Below are positions 45,942 through 55,486 of a stretch of DNA of 64,000 nt, piece by piece. Numbering within the stretch: position 1 is the first letter of the stretch; every line of letters starts with the position of its first letter. A model generated the notes under the pieces. It worked only from the letters and a program-made list of their open reading frames with translations, had not been told where the DNA came from and did no database searches. Position numbers and translations under genes: made by a program. Source of the DNA: Elusimicrobiota bacterium (GTDB taxonomy: Bacteria > Elusimicrobiota > Elusimicrobia > Elusimicrobiales > UBA9959); NCBI GenBank assembly GCA_012517285.1, contig JAAYVG010000035.1, positions 7,647-71,646 of the forward strand, written 5' to 3'.

Positions 45942-46517
45942 ATGGATATCATATGCTTTGTTGGACTTGGCAATCCTGGTGAGAGGTACAAGAATACAAG
46001 GCATAACGCAGGCTTTGATGCTCTGGATTCTATAAGGGATTACTTTAATTTCAAAGATTTCAAAGGCTTTAAATCTGAGGTAGAGTATTCCTCAGGTGAA
46101 ATAGCCGGCAGCAGGTCATATCTTGTAAAACCTCTCACATATATGAACAACTCAGGCATAGCATTAAAAAAGTTTTGTGATTATCATTCCATTGCTCCAA
46201 GAGATCTGATTGTTATATATGATGATATAGATACAGATACTGGTAAGATAAAGATAAGAAAAAAGGGTAGTGCTGGTGGGCATAATGGTATGAAGTCTGT
46301 TATATCAAACTTCCAGACTGAGGATATAGCTCGCATAAGGATTGGAACAGGGCCTAAGAAGGAAGGAGTTGATCTTGTTTCGTATGTTCTTTCAAGATAT
46401 GATGGATATGAAAGAGATGAGATGAAAAAGGTGTTTGCAATGATCCCTGAGATAGCTAAAATAATAGTTTTAAAGGGAATAGATATAGCAATGAATATTT
46501 ATAACCAGAAAAGGTGA
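45942..46517 (+). CDS. pth: Peptidyl-tRNA hydrolase
   Basis: VGLGNPGERYKNTRHNAGF and GGHNGMKS are present. Confidence 0.95.
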   Translation: MDIICFVGLGNPGERYKNTRHNAGFDALDSIRDYFNFKDFKGFKSEVEYSSGEIAGSRSYLVKPLTYMNNSGIALKKFCDYHSIAPRDLIVIYDDIDTDTGKIKIRKKGSAGGHNGMKSVISNFQTEDIARIRIGTGPKKEGVDLVSYVLSRYDGYERDEMKKVFAMIPEIAKIIVLKGIDIAMNIYNQKR

Positions 46518-46518
46518 T

Positions 46519-46932
46519 TCAATCCTTCACCTCATCAATTCTTAACTTCAATCTGTTAGAAATGATATATGTTTTTGATGTCTGAGAAAACATATCCCCG
46601 CTTTTAATATTACCAACCTCGCCGTGTTTGTTTAAAGTTGCGTATACCTTTATTTTAAATGTGGATATATCGGGATATAAAACATTTTTTCTGGTTATCC
46701 TGAAGCTTACAGGAAAGACCGGATTTATGATCTCTGATATAGCAAAGGTTGTATCCTTCTCATTTTGTATTATTATATAAAGCATTGTATCGGGTTTTAT
46801 ATCTTTTTTTAATTCTTCATTTATTTCTATATTCCCTTTTATATAGATGATATTGCTGTATATTAAAAATCTGTATTGTTGAACAATAATAATGATCAAA
46901 ACAATCGCTGATACATATATTATTTTTTTCAT
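46519..46932 (-). CDS. N-terminally membrane-anchored protein of unknown function
   Basis: A single TM helix (IIYVSAIVLIIIIV) is followed by a ~110-aa beta-rich domain. It converges on pth with a 1-nt gap. Confidence 0.5.
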   Translation of the reverse strand: MKKIIYVSAIVLIIIIVQQYRFLIYSNIIYIKGNIEINEELKKDIKPDTMLYIIIQNEKDTTFAISEIINPVFPVSFRITRKNVLYPDISTFKIKVYATLNKHGEVGNIKSGDMFSQTSKTYIISNRLKLRIDEVKD

Positions 46933-47046
46933 AATTACATTTTAGCAAATTATGATCTTTTGCCCTGTAAAGAAAATTTATAAGTTTTTAAATTATAAAA
47001 AAGGTAAAATATTCTTATTGTGTAAAACCCTATTTAGAGGAGATTT

Positions 47047-48123
47047 ATGGAAAGAACAATTGAGATGATGGAGATAGAAAAAAACTGGGATAAGTTTTTA
47101 TCTATGCCTATAGAAACAAAAATATCCCACTTTATGAGGGAAGGCCGCATTTATGATTGCCTTTTTGCACAGCAGTTCAACAGGGAGGTACTGGAGTACA
47201 TATTCAGGATAGCAAACACACTCAGAAGAATAACAAAAACAAAGGAAGGAATGAATTTTGCATCATCGCTATTGAATCATAAAAGAGCTATGCTTTATTT
47301 CATACAGCCATCAACAAGGACTTTTTTATCATTTTTAAACGCCTGTCACATACTCGGTATAAAAACTTCAGAGATAAGAGATGCTTCAATATCATCGGAG
47401 TACAAGGGAGAGAGCCCTGAGGATACCATAAGAACATTTTCAAGCTATGTTGATCTCATAATAATGAGGCATCCTGCTCAAAACTTCGTTGAAAAATCTG
47501 CGTGGCTTATGAACAGAACAAAAAGGCCTGTTCCAATAATAAATGCTGGATCAAGCAAGGATCAGCATCCAACTCAGGCTCTGCTTGATACTTATACACT
47601 TTACAGAAGTTTTGGTGGAGTAATTGATGGAAAGACAATAGCGATGGTTGGTGATTTAAAAAGAGGAAGAACGGTTAGGTCACTGAGTTTTCTCATGGAG
47701 AACTACAAGAATATGAAGCTTGTCTATATCGCTCCTCCCGAGTTTAAAATGGAAAGGGATGTTATAGATTTTTTAAATAAAAAAAACATATCTTACTATG
47801 AGACAGAAAATTTTGAAGAGGGAATAAAAGAGGCTGATGCCATATATATGACAAGGATACAGGATGAGCATGATAAAAGTGGAGAATCAAAAAAGATTGA
47901 TTATTCAAAGTATTCTTTTACCAAAAAACACCTTGATATAATAAAAAAGGACGCAATAATAATGCATCCTCTGCCAAGAAGGGAGGAGATAAGCGTTGAG
48001 GTTGATGATGATCCGAGGGCGATGTATTGGAGGCAGGAGAGAAATGGTATGTGGGCAAGGTCTGCTCTAATATCATATATATTTGGTGTTGATGCAAAAA
48101 TACATATAGAGAACAAAGCGTAG
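47047..48123 (+). CDS. pyrB: Aspartate carbamoyltransferase catalytic subunit (long N-terminus)
   Basis: PSTRTFLSF, HPTQALLD and HPLPR are present. The start is uncertain because several in-frame Met codons lie near the N-terminus. Confidence 0.88.
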   Translation: MERTIEMMEIEKNWDKFLSMPIETKISHFMREGRIYDCLFAQQFNREVLEYIFRIANTLRRITKTKEGMNFASSLLNHKRAMLYFIQPSTRTFLSFLNACHILGIKTSEIRDASISSEYKGESPEDTIRTFSSYVDLIIMRHPAQNFVEKSAWLMNRTKRPVPIINAGSSKDQHPTQALLDTYTLYRSFGGVIDGKTIAMVGDLKRGRTVRSLSFLMENYKNMKLVYIAPPEFKMERDVIDFLNKKNISYYETENFEEGIKEADAIYMTRIQDEHDKSGESKKIDYSKYSFTKKHLDIIKKDAIIMHPLPRREEISVEVDDDPRAMYWRQERNGMWARSALISYIFGVDAKIHIENKA

Positions 48124-48152
48124 AAAAGTGCAAGTTAAGGAGTGAGTTTATT

Positions 48153-49907
48153 ATGTTTAATAAGGACAAAAGAGAGTTTTTGTTTTATTTTCTCGCAGGG
48201 TTTTTGATAAGCCTGCCCATGATTATTTCTACCATATCAAATCCAGATATCGGCTGGCATATTGCAAGCGGAAGATATATTGTTGAAAATTTTACAGTCC
48301 CAAGATTTGATTTTATGAGCTGGACAAAATATGGGACACAGTGGATAGATACTGAATGGTTAACACAGCTTATATACTATTTAGTATATTCCTTAGACGG
48401 TTATAGGTCACTTTATATTTTAAAACTGTTTAATATGTTTTTAATGGGTTTTTCGTTCTCATTGTTAGTAAAATCATTCAAGGTTTCATACTTCAATATA
48501 ATATGGCTTTTGCCGGCATTCTTTTTCTCTGCGATCAATCTTCTTGATCTAAGGCCTGATAACTATTCAGTCATTTTATTTATATTGCTCTTTATATTGC
48601 TGAATAGAATAACTGATGATGATTCCCTTAGTTCAAAAACGCTGATTGAGATAGCTGTTATGTTTATTCTATGGGCAAATATTCATCCGGGATATACATA
48701 TGGTCTGATAATGATTGCTATATACTTTTCTGGTATGCTTTTTAACGAAAATCTTGGATACATATATGGTGATACAAAAAAAATAAAATTTGATAGGAGC
48801 AAAAAGTATTTAACAATACTTATCACAGTTTTTGTATCAACCCTTATAAACCCATATGGATATCAGATATATTCAGTATTTTTCTTCCACTTTTCAAATC
48901 TTGCTGATTGTCAGAGATATATAAATGAGTGGCAAGCACCAGATATAGTTGATTTAAATTTATTTTACTTTTATGTGTTTGCCATTATAACAATTGTTGT
49001 TTATCTTTATAATTTTTTAAAAACTAAAAAAACAGATTTTATTGAAGTATTTCTGCTTCTTTTCTTTATCATCTCAGCAGCTTTATACACAAGGCTTAAT
49101 ATCTATGCAGTTATAATTGTATCGATGATATTCATCAAAGTTTTTCAAAAATATTTTTCAAATATTAAATTTAAAATCTTATGCTCAGTTGTTTTTATTG
49201 CACCTTTTTATTATATTTTTTATAAGGCATCAGTAATAGAAAACTCTGATCTCATAAACAACAAATATTACTCATCTTTTGGCAGTTATTCATCAGTTGA
49301 TTTTATAAAGGATAACATTAAATATTTTAAGAATTTAAAGATATACAATGGCTATAACGTTGGTGGGTTTTTGGATAGTGAACTCTATGGAGTTGTAAAG
49401 ACATTTATGGATGGAAGGTATCTCTTCCTTGATATGCTTCCAGAGCATCTTGAGGCTTATACAACAAAGGATAGTTGGGAGAAATTTTCAAACAAGTATG
49501 GGTTTGATATGGCGGTAATCTCAATCCATCCTCATGCGAAAATTAAAGGCTATCAGACAAAAATAGGAAAAGAAAATTATAACTTTCAAAGGCCTTATTA
49601 TTATGAACTTTTTGACCCTGATAAGTGGGCTTTGATTTATTTTGATAAAAGGAGTATGATCATAATAAAAAGAAGCAGTGCTGGTGCCGATATACTCAAG
49701 GATAACGAATATAACCTTATCAAACCATATGATTTTGATAGGCTTTATATAGATACTCTCATAAACAAAAAAATTGTTAAGGATATCAAGAAAGAGCTTA
49801 TAAATTATATAAGAAAGTATAACGGTAATGATGAATCATTCAGCGATGTTTTTGTTTATATATATAAAGATATGATTGATATAGAGAAGGGTAGGTTTAA
49901 ATATTAA
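48153..49907 (+). CDS. Large polytopic membrane protein with a C-terminal soluble domain (possible GT-C-type glycosyltransferase)
   Basis: At least 12 predicted TM helices are followed by a ~200-aa hydrophilic domain. The functional call comes from architecture only. Confidence 0.4.
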   Translation: MFNKDKREFLFYFLAGFLISLPMIISTISNPDIGWHIASGRYIVENFTVPRFDFMSWTKYGTQWIDTEWLTQLIYYLVYSLDGYRSLYILKLFNMFLMGFSFSLLVKSFKVSYFNIIWLLPAFFFSAINLLDLRPDNYSVILFILLFILLNRITDDDSLSSKTLIEIAVMFILWANIHPGYTYGLIMIAIYFSGMLFNENLGYIYGDTKKIKFDRSKKYLTILITVFVSTLINPYGYQIYSVFFFHFSNLADCQRYINEWQAPDIVDLNLFYFYVFAIITIVVYLYNFLKTKKTDFIEVFLLLFFIISAALYTRLNIYAVIIVSMIFIKVFQKYFSNIKFKILCSVVFIAPFYYIFYKASVIENSDLINNKYYSSFGSYSSVDFIKDNIKYFKNLKIYNGYNVGGFLDSELYGVVKTFMDGRYLFLDMLPEHLEAYTTKDSWEKFSNKYGFDMAVISIHPHAKIKGYQTKIGKENYNFQRPYYYELFDPDKWALIYFDKRSMIIIKRSSAGADILKDNEYNLIKPYDFDRLYIDTLINKKIVKDIKKELINYIRKYNGNDESFSDVFVYIYKDMIDIEKGRFKY

Positions 49908-49910
49908 AAT

Positions 49911-50705
49911 ATGAAAGAGTTTGATACAGCAAAAAAGGCAGCCATTGAAGCTGGTGAGGTAATTAAAAAATATTTTGGAAATACTGATTATAAGCTAAAG
50001 GGAAGAGCAAACCCTGTGACAGCTGCTGATATAAAGTCTCAAGAGATTATAGAAAAAAATATAATGGATAATTTTCCAGATGATTCCATAATAGCAGAGG
50101 AAGGGCTTAAAAATATAAAGGATAGAAACCGAATCTGGATAGTGGATCCGCTTGATGGAACTGTTAACTTCGCTCATTCGTTTCCACACTTTGCTGTGTC
50201 AATAGGATTTCTCTGTGATAACGTTATAAGATTTGGAATAGTCTATGATTGCATAAAGAATGAGATGTTCTGGGCAGTAAAGGATCTGGGAAGTTATCTT
50301 AATGATAAAAGAATTTTTGTTTCAAAGGTTCTTTCAATTTCAGAATCACTTTTGGCCACAGGATTTGCATATGACAGGGCTGAGAGGGCTGAATTTTATT
50401 GTTCTTACTATTCTCATTTTTTAAAAAAATCACATGATATAAGACGATGTGGTGCTGCAAGCCTTGATATGGCATACGTTGCATCAGGGAGACTGGATGG
50501 GTACTGGGAGTACAGTCTTAAACCATGGGATGTTGCAGCTGGAAGGATAATAATTGAGGAAGCTGGTGGTATGGTTTCAGATTTTTCTGGTAATCCATGG
50601 AATTTGGATATGAATTCCGTGCTCAATTGGGGGGAGGAAGTCATTGCAACCAACTCAATCATACACAGTGATATGATATCTGAGATTGGTAAAATAAGGA
50701 AATAA
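49911..50705 (+). CDS. suhB: Inositol monophosphatase family protein (SuhB-like)
   Basis: WIVDPLDGTVNF, ATGFAY and WDVAAG motifs are present. Confidence 0.88.
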   Translation: MKEFDTAKKAAIEAGEVIKKYFGNTDYKLKGRANPVTAADIKSQEIIEKNIMDNFPDDSIIAEEGLKNIKDRNRIWIVDPLDGTVNFAHSFPHFAVSIGFLCDNVIRFGIVYDCIKNEMFWAVKDLGSYLNDKRIFVSKVLSISESLLATGFAYDRAERAEFYCSYYSHFLKKSHDIRRCGAASLDMAYVASGRLDGYWEYSLKPWDVAAGRIIIEEAGGMVSDFSGNPWNLDMNSVLNWGEEVIATNSIIHSDMISEIGKIRK

Positions 50706-50718
50706 CTTGCTGCAGGTT

Positions 50719-52350
50719 TTAATCTTTTATATTGTTCAACAGCTTCTTTGCATGGTTTATTGCTGTATCCTCTGAGTAGCTTGATCCTAACATCCTTGCT
50801 ATTTCTTTCACCCTTTCATCGGATGAATTGAGTTCAACAAGATCAACATATGTCTGCTGATTTTTATAATTCTTAACCACCTTGAAATGTTTATCAGCGT
50901 ATATGGCAACCTGTGGCATATGGGTTATTAAAAGTATTTGTTTGTTCTTTGATATTTTGCTCACTGCTTTGCCAACTGCAAAGGCGGTGTTGCCGCCTAT
51001 GCCAGAGTCAATCTCATCAAAGATAAGGGTTGATGAATCGCTCTTTTCTGAAAAGACTGTTTTAATAGCAAGAACTATTCTTGAAATCTCTCCACCACTT
51101 GCTATATATTTTATAGGTTTTAGAAGTTGGTCAGGATTTGCAGTAAATAGAAACTCAACCGTATTCTTACCGTATTGATTGTATTCATCAGCCTCATCAA
51201 TCATTATCTTAAAACTTGAATGTTCAAACCCAAGCCGCTTAAGCTCTTTAAATATCTCATCTGAAAGACTCTGGGCAGACTTCTTTCTTTTTTTATCAAT
51301 AACCTTTGATAACTTCTCCAAATCATTTGTTATGTTTATAATTTCTTTGTTCAGGTTCTCTTTCTTTTCATCTGTTTGAGAAAGCTCTTCTATCTTTTTT
51401 AAAAGTTCTATCTTTTTTTCATTTATTCCTTTTATATCCGGTGCATATTTCTTTTTAAGTTTTTTTATCAGCTCATCCCTTTCAATGTATTTATCTATAT
51501 CGATATCATTAAAATTATATCTTGAAAGAAGCTGGGTTACTTCCTCGCTCAAAAGTTTTGAGTTTGTTTCTATTGCTTCAGCCTGAGAGTTAAGGTTTGT
51601 GTGTGATGAATCCATTGTGCTGAGTTCTTCAAGATTTTTTATTATATTATAAACAAGGCTCTTGATTCCTCCATCATCATCTATATTCTTTTTTATAGAG
51701 TCCAAGATTTTTTTTATCTTTGCTGAGTTTTTATATATTGATATCATCTCTTCTATTTCTATATCCTCGTTTTCTTTTATATCTGCGGTGTTTATCTCGT
51801 TGTACTGATATGTGTAGAGATCAAGCAGCCTTGCTCTTTCCTCCTCAGAAAGGGAGATGTTTTTTATCCTGTTTTCAATTTCAATTTTTTTATGATAAAG
51901 CTCCTGAAATTTTTTGAGTTCATCTGCTGTATTGCTGTATGAGTCAACAATTTCTATTTGTTTGGATGGTGAAAAAATCAGATCATTTTCCATCTGAGAG
52001 TGAAAATCTATAACAAACTTTGATATGTTTGATATATAAGCAAGGCTCTCAGGTTTTGAGTTTACATAATACTTTGACCTTCCATTTGTTTCAACTACTC
52101 TTTTTATCTCAATACTTCTTTTTGATGAAAGTTTTTCAGCAAGTGGTTCTGAAAGTTTGAACACTCCCCTTATCATAAGGGGTTGCTCTAACTTTGAATA
52201 TATCTTTGAACCAAACAGTGAGGCCACAGACTCAACTATTATTGATTTGCCAGCACCTGTCTCGCCGGTGAAAACATTGAGCCCATCAGAAAATTTTACT
52301 GTGAGTTCCTTTATTATTGCAAAGTTATGTATATCAAGAAGTTCAATCAT
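50719..52350 (-). CDS. recN: DNA repair protein RecN
   Basis: MIELLDIHNFAIIKEL...FTGETGAGKSIIV is followed by a long coiled coil and a C-terminal SGGE/LIFDEIDSGIGG. The start is taken at the fourth codon of the track ORF. Confidence 0.93.
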   Translation of the reverse strand: MIELLDIHNFAIIKELTVKFSDGLNVFTGETGAGKSIIVESVASLFGSKIYSKLEQPLMIRGVFKLSEPLAEKLSSKRSIEIKRVVETNGRSKYYVNSKPESLAYISNISKFVIDFHSQMENDLIFSPSKQIEIVDSYSNTADELKKFQELYHKKIEIENRIKNISLSEEERARLLDLYTYQYNEINTADIKENEDIEIEEMISIYKNSAKIKKILDSIKKNIDDDGGIKSLVYNIIKNLEELSTMDSSHTNLNSQAEAIETNSKLLSEEVTQLLSRYNFNDIDIDKYIERDELIKKLKKKYAPDIKGINEKKIELLKKIEELSQTDEKKENLNKEIINITNDLEKLSKVIDKKRKKSAQSLSDEIFKELKRLGFEHSSFKIMIDEADEYNQYGKNTVEFLFTANPDQLLKPIKYIASGGEISRIVLAIKTVFSEKSDSSTLIFDEIDSGIGGNTAFAVGKAVSKISKNKQILLITHMPQVAIYADKHFKVVKNYKNQQTYVDLVELNSSDERVKEIARMLGSSYSEDTAINHAKKLLNNIKD

Positions 52351-53164
52351 CCCTTTCACCCCAGCTAAGCTTTTTTTTCAACACTTCAAAGTATGAATAA
52401 TTTTTTGAAACTATGGTTTTGAGATTTTTCTCATATATTGATATCTCAAGTTCGCTGTCAGCCAAATCAATGGTAATCTGTCCATCAAGTGATACAACAA
52501 TGTTTGTATTCTTTGGAGAATGTTTTTCATATGCCTTTATTTTGAGGTATGATTTGTCAGGGAGAACCACGGGCCTGTGTGTAAGTGTGTGCGGTGATAT
52601 TGGTGTTATAACCATAACGGCTGAATGTGGATGTATTATTGGTCCACCAGCACTCAGGTTGTATGCTGTTGAGCCTGTTGGAGTTGATATGATTATTCCA
52701 TCTGAGAAGTATGTGCTTATTCTATCATTGAAGAAAAATATCTCTGTATAAAATGTTCTCAGATCCCTTGACTTAATCACGCAATCGTTTAAGGCTACAA
52801 ACTCTTTATCTTTTATTTTTATTTTTAACAGTGTTCTGTTTATTATCTTATAGTTATTACCCAAATAATTGTTTATAAAATTTTCGAGCTCGTTTACTTC
52901 AACACTGCTTAAAAATCCAAGCCCACCAGCTTTTATAGCAATCAGTGGTATGTCCTTATAAGCTAAGTAATGGGATGCATAAAGAACAGTTCCATCACCT
53001 CCAATTGATACTGCAAAATCAACATCAATATTTTCACACTGATCTTTTGATATGCAGAGCTCCTTGACATCTATCCCGCTTTTCTCTAAAATTCTCTTGA
53101 CTCGTTCAAGGATTATTAAGTTTTCACTGTTCTGTGAGTTATAAAATATCAAGCATTTTTTCAT
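52343..53164 (-). CDS. nadK: NAD kinase
   Basis: SIGGDGTVLYA and STPTGSTAYNLSAGGPI are present. It is in the conserved nadK-recN arrangement. Confidence 0.93.
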   Translation of the reverse strand: MKKCLIFYNSQNSENLIILERVKRILEKSGIDVKELCISKDQCENIDVDFAVSIGGDGTVLYASHYLAYKDIPLIAIKAGGLGFLSSVEVNELENFINNYLGNNYKIINRTLLKIKIKDKEFVALNDCVIKSRDLRTFYTEIFFFNDRISTYFSDGIIISTPTGSTAYNLSAGGPIIHPHSAVMVITPISPHTLTHRPVVLPDKSYLKIKAYEKHSPKNTNIVVSLDGQITIDLADSELEISIYEKNLKTIVSKNYSYFEVLKKKLSWGERDD

Positions 53165-53330
53165 ATAAGATTATTCTATAAAAATAAATAAGAACATAAA
53201 AATTTCAGCCCTGATGAATAAAAATTCTTCTCACCTTTAAGACACCCAAAAACACCAATCAAAATAAGAATACACCCAAGAATAAACCGAGATAGGCAAA
53301 AAGTGATTTTTTCGCAAAAGGGTTTTATGA

Positions 53331-53359
53331 TTGACAATCTTAATGTTATATAGTATAAT
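53331..53359 (+). promoter_or_regulatory. Consensus sigma70 promoter driving the IS ORFs
   Basis: TTGACA at 53331-53336, an exact 17-nt spacer, TATAAT at 53354-53359, then AAGGAGG and the ATG at 53388. Confidence 0.7.
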
Positions 53360-53387
53360 AGTATTAAGATAAGAAAAGGAGGCGATT

Positions 53388-53786
53388 ATGGATATAGGCA
53401 AATATCGGCAGGAGTTAAGAGTATTGTTTGATGATGAGAGGGAATTAATAGAGACATTTTTAGTGATAAGGGGATTAGTTAAGGGTGGGATATACAAGAC
53501 GAAACTCAAGTGTGGCAAAAAGGGATGTAAATGTGAAAGAGGGGAATTACATGAAGTATGGATGCATTATCGGAGCGAGGGAGGTAAGGCAAAAACAAGG
53601 ACAATAAGGAAAGAAGAAGTCCAAGAGTATGAGCGATATACAAGGAACTACCAGAGGTACCGACAATCACGAGCGGAGTTAATAAAGCTACATAAGAAGC
53701 AAATAAGATTGATAGACCTTATAGAGGAAGGGTTGAGGAAGGAGAACAGTGGAATAGAGAAGAAACTTTTTAAGAAGAAGAGATAA
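53388..53786 (+). CDS. IS-associated small basic protein with a Cys-cluster (zinc-ribbon-like)
   Basis: A strong SD, KLKCGKKGCKCERGELHEVW, and an Arg/Lys-rich helical tail. It ends 12 nt upstream of the transposase gene. Confidence 0.65.
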   Translation: MDIGKYRQELRVLFDDERELIETFLVIRGLVKGGIYKTKLKCGKKGCKCERGELHEVWMHYRSEGGKAKTRTIRKEEVQEYERYTRNYQRYRQSRAELIKLHKKQIRLIDLIEEGLRKENSGIEKKLFKKKR

Positions 53787-53798
53787 AAAGGAAGAGGA

Positions 53799-55088
53799 AT
53801 GAAACAGATACTATACAAGACAATGCGGCACTTTTTTCCAGAATATCGGCAATGGTTAAGGGATATGAAAGATCCCCGAAAGAAGAATATGACGAGCTAT
53901 GAACTACCAGTGATGATATGGGTAGGGATATTGTTATTTTTATTAAAATTAGGTTCCAAAAGGCAGATTAACTATGAATTAGACACCGAAGCGATGATAA
54001 ATAACATAAAACTATTAAGCAGAGAAAAGTTAGAGCGTATTCCTTATGATGGGACACTGGAATACCTACTTGAACGGCTTGATCCAGTAGAACTCACAAG
54101 AATAAGGGAAAAAATGATAAACAGGTTAATCAGGAATAAAAGTTTTAGTAAGTGTAAGATTAACGGGAGTTACCCGATAGCAATAGATGGGAGTGGATAT
54201 TTAACATTTAAAGGTTATCACTGTCCACATTGTTTAAAAAAGAAGAAGAAAGGTAAGGTTCTATTTTATTACCATTCTATATTGGAAGCGAAAATAATAT
54301 CTAATGGGATGGCATTCAGTGTTGAGACAGAATTCATTGAGAATGAAAGTGAGGGAGTTTTGAAACAAGATTGTGAACTTAAAGCATTTTACAGGTTAAG
54401 TGAGAAACTAAAGAAAAAGTTTCCACAACTTGAGATATGTTTATTATTAGATAGTTTATATGCAAACAAACCAGTTATAGACATATGCAACAAAAACAAA
54501 TGGAAATATATAATAACATTCAAAGAGGGTTCTATGCCAGAGGTTTATAAGGAATATGAAACCCTAAAAAAGATCAATCCTGATAAACATATTGAATACA
54601 ATAACAATGGGATAAAACAAAAGTTTTATTGGGCAGATAATGTATTACAATATATTGGCAGCTTAGATGTAAATGTAATAGAATGTATTGAAATGAAAGG
54701 GAACCAGCAAAAAAGATTTGTATGGCTTACAAACTTTAGTGTTGATAAATATAGTGTTAAAGATATAGCAAAAGGAGGTAGACTACGATGGAAGATTGAG
54801 AATGAAGGATTTAATGCACAAAAAAACTGGGGATACAATCTGGAACACCCTTACAGTAAACACATTGTTGCGTTAAAGAACTTTTACCTTCTTTTGCAAA
54901 TTGCTCACATTATCAATCAACTGATGGAAAATGGCTCCCTGCTCATGGAAGAAATCAAAAAGTCATTTGGCAGTATTAAGAATTTTACAAAAAGACTACT
55001 TGAGTCTTTAAGAACTTCTGTATTTGATATGACAGAAATTCAAATGATGGACACTTTGAAATTCCAAATACGCCTTCGTGGTCCTTAG
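53799..55088 (+). CDS. DDE transposase (IS4/IS5-superfamily-like)
   Basis: Candidate catalytic triad regions are PIAIDGSGY, LLLDSLYAN and GRLRWKIENEGFNAQKN (the RWxIEN block is typical of DDE_Tnp_1-type enzymes). Confidence 0.8.
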   Translation: MKQILYKTMRHFFPEYRQWLRDMKDPRKKNMTSYELPVMIWVGILLFLLKLGSKRQINYELDTEAMINNIKLLSREKLERIPYDGTLEYLLERLDPVELTRIREKMINRLIRNKSFSKCKINGSYPIAIDGSGYLTFKGYHCPHCLKKKKKGKVLFYYHSILEAKIISNGMAFSVETEFIENESEGVLKQDCELKAFYRLSEKLKKKFPQLEICLLLDSLYANKPVIDICNKNKWKYIITFKEGSMPEVYKEYETLKKINPDKHIEYNNNGIKQKFYWADNVLQYIGSLDVNVIECIEMKGNQQKRFVWLTNFSVDKYSVKDIAKGGRLRWKIENEGFNAQKNWGYNLEHPYSKHIVALKNFYLLLQIAHIINQLMENGSLLMEEIKKSFGSIKNFTKRLLESLRTSVFDMTEIQMMDTLKFQIRLRGP

Positions 55089-55354
55089 AAAATGCTATTA
55101 GGGTGTTCCAGAGTATCCCCAAAAACATTTTATTATAGGATATTTTATAAAATCCTGAGGTTTTTTTACATCAAAAATTTAACTGCAAAAATTCTTCCCT
55201 GTTATACAATTTTTCTCCATTTATAAAAAAATTATTCATCACCGCTGTAAAAATTTATAATCAATTTCCAAGTTATAAAAAAAATTGTATAATTAAAAGT
55301 GAAGAGAGACGGTTGTGGTAGCTATAATATTAATATGGCTGATGAATAGTAATT

Positions 55355-55477
55355 ACTGAGGGTCAGGTCAGTGCCCAATACCTGTCTGCAGTAGGAAGTA
55401 GGCAGGGACGGAAATAAGGAATTACCTTAATTCTGTCTTCTGATTTCTGTCCTCTGACCGCTGACTTCTGTCTTATT
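55355..55477 (+). repeat. Heptad-periodic CAGA/TCTG hairpin leader element, copy upstream of buk
   Basis: TCTG or GCTG occurs at 55432, 55439, 55446, 55453, 55460 and 55467, an exact 7-nt phase. The 3' 57 nt differ at only 3 positions from 58302-58360. The element ends directly at GGAGG (55478-55482). Confidence 0.8.
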
Positions 55478-55486
55478 GGAGGCGTT

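Larger units (their letters stand above)
53198..55255 (+). mobile_element. Insertion sequence with two ORFs (zinc-ribbon-like protein plus DDE transposase); boundaries approximate
   Basis: An imperfect inverted pair is CAGCCCTGATGAATAA (53206-53221) versus the reverse complement of TTATTCATCACCGCTG (55232-55247). The element has a consensus internal promoter, a terminator-like hairpin at 55137-55167, and G+C visibly above its surroundings. Confidence 0.55.

Noticed and set aside
53237-53518. A 93-aa minus-strand ORF at the left end of the IS.
   Set aside because: It overlaps the consensus promoter, the SD and the start of IS ORF1 on the other strand, and it has no motifs.
55355-55415. Resemblance of GGTCAGGTCAG...GGAAGTAGGCAGG to the conserved SRP (4.5S) RNA domain IV motif (AGGUCAGGUCCGGAAGGAAGCAGCC).
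   Set aside because: The GGAA tetraloop context and the symmetric or asymmetric loop spacing are absent, because ~25 unrelated nt separate the two halves. The segment is clearly the degenerate 5' arm of the heptad hairpin repeat family.
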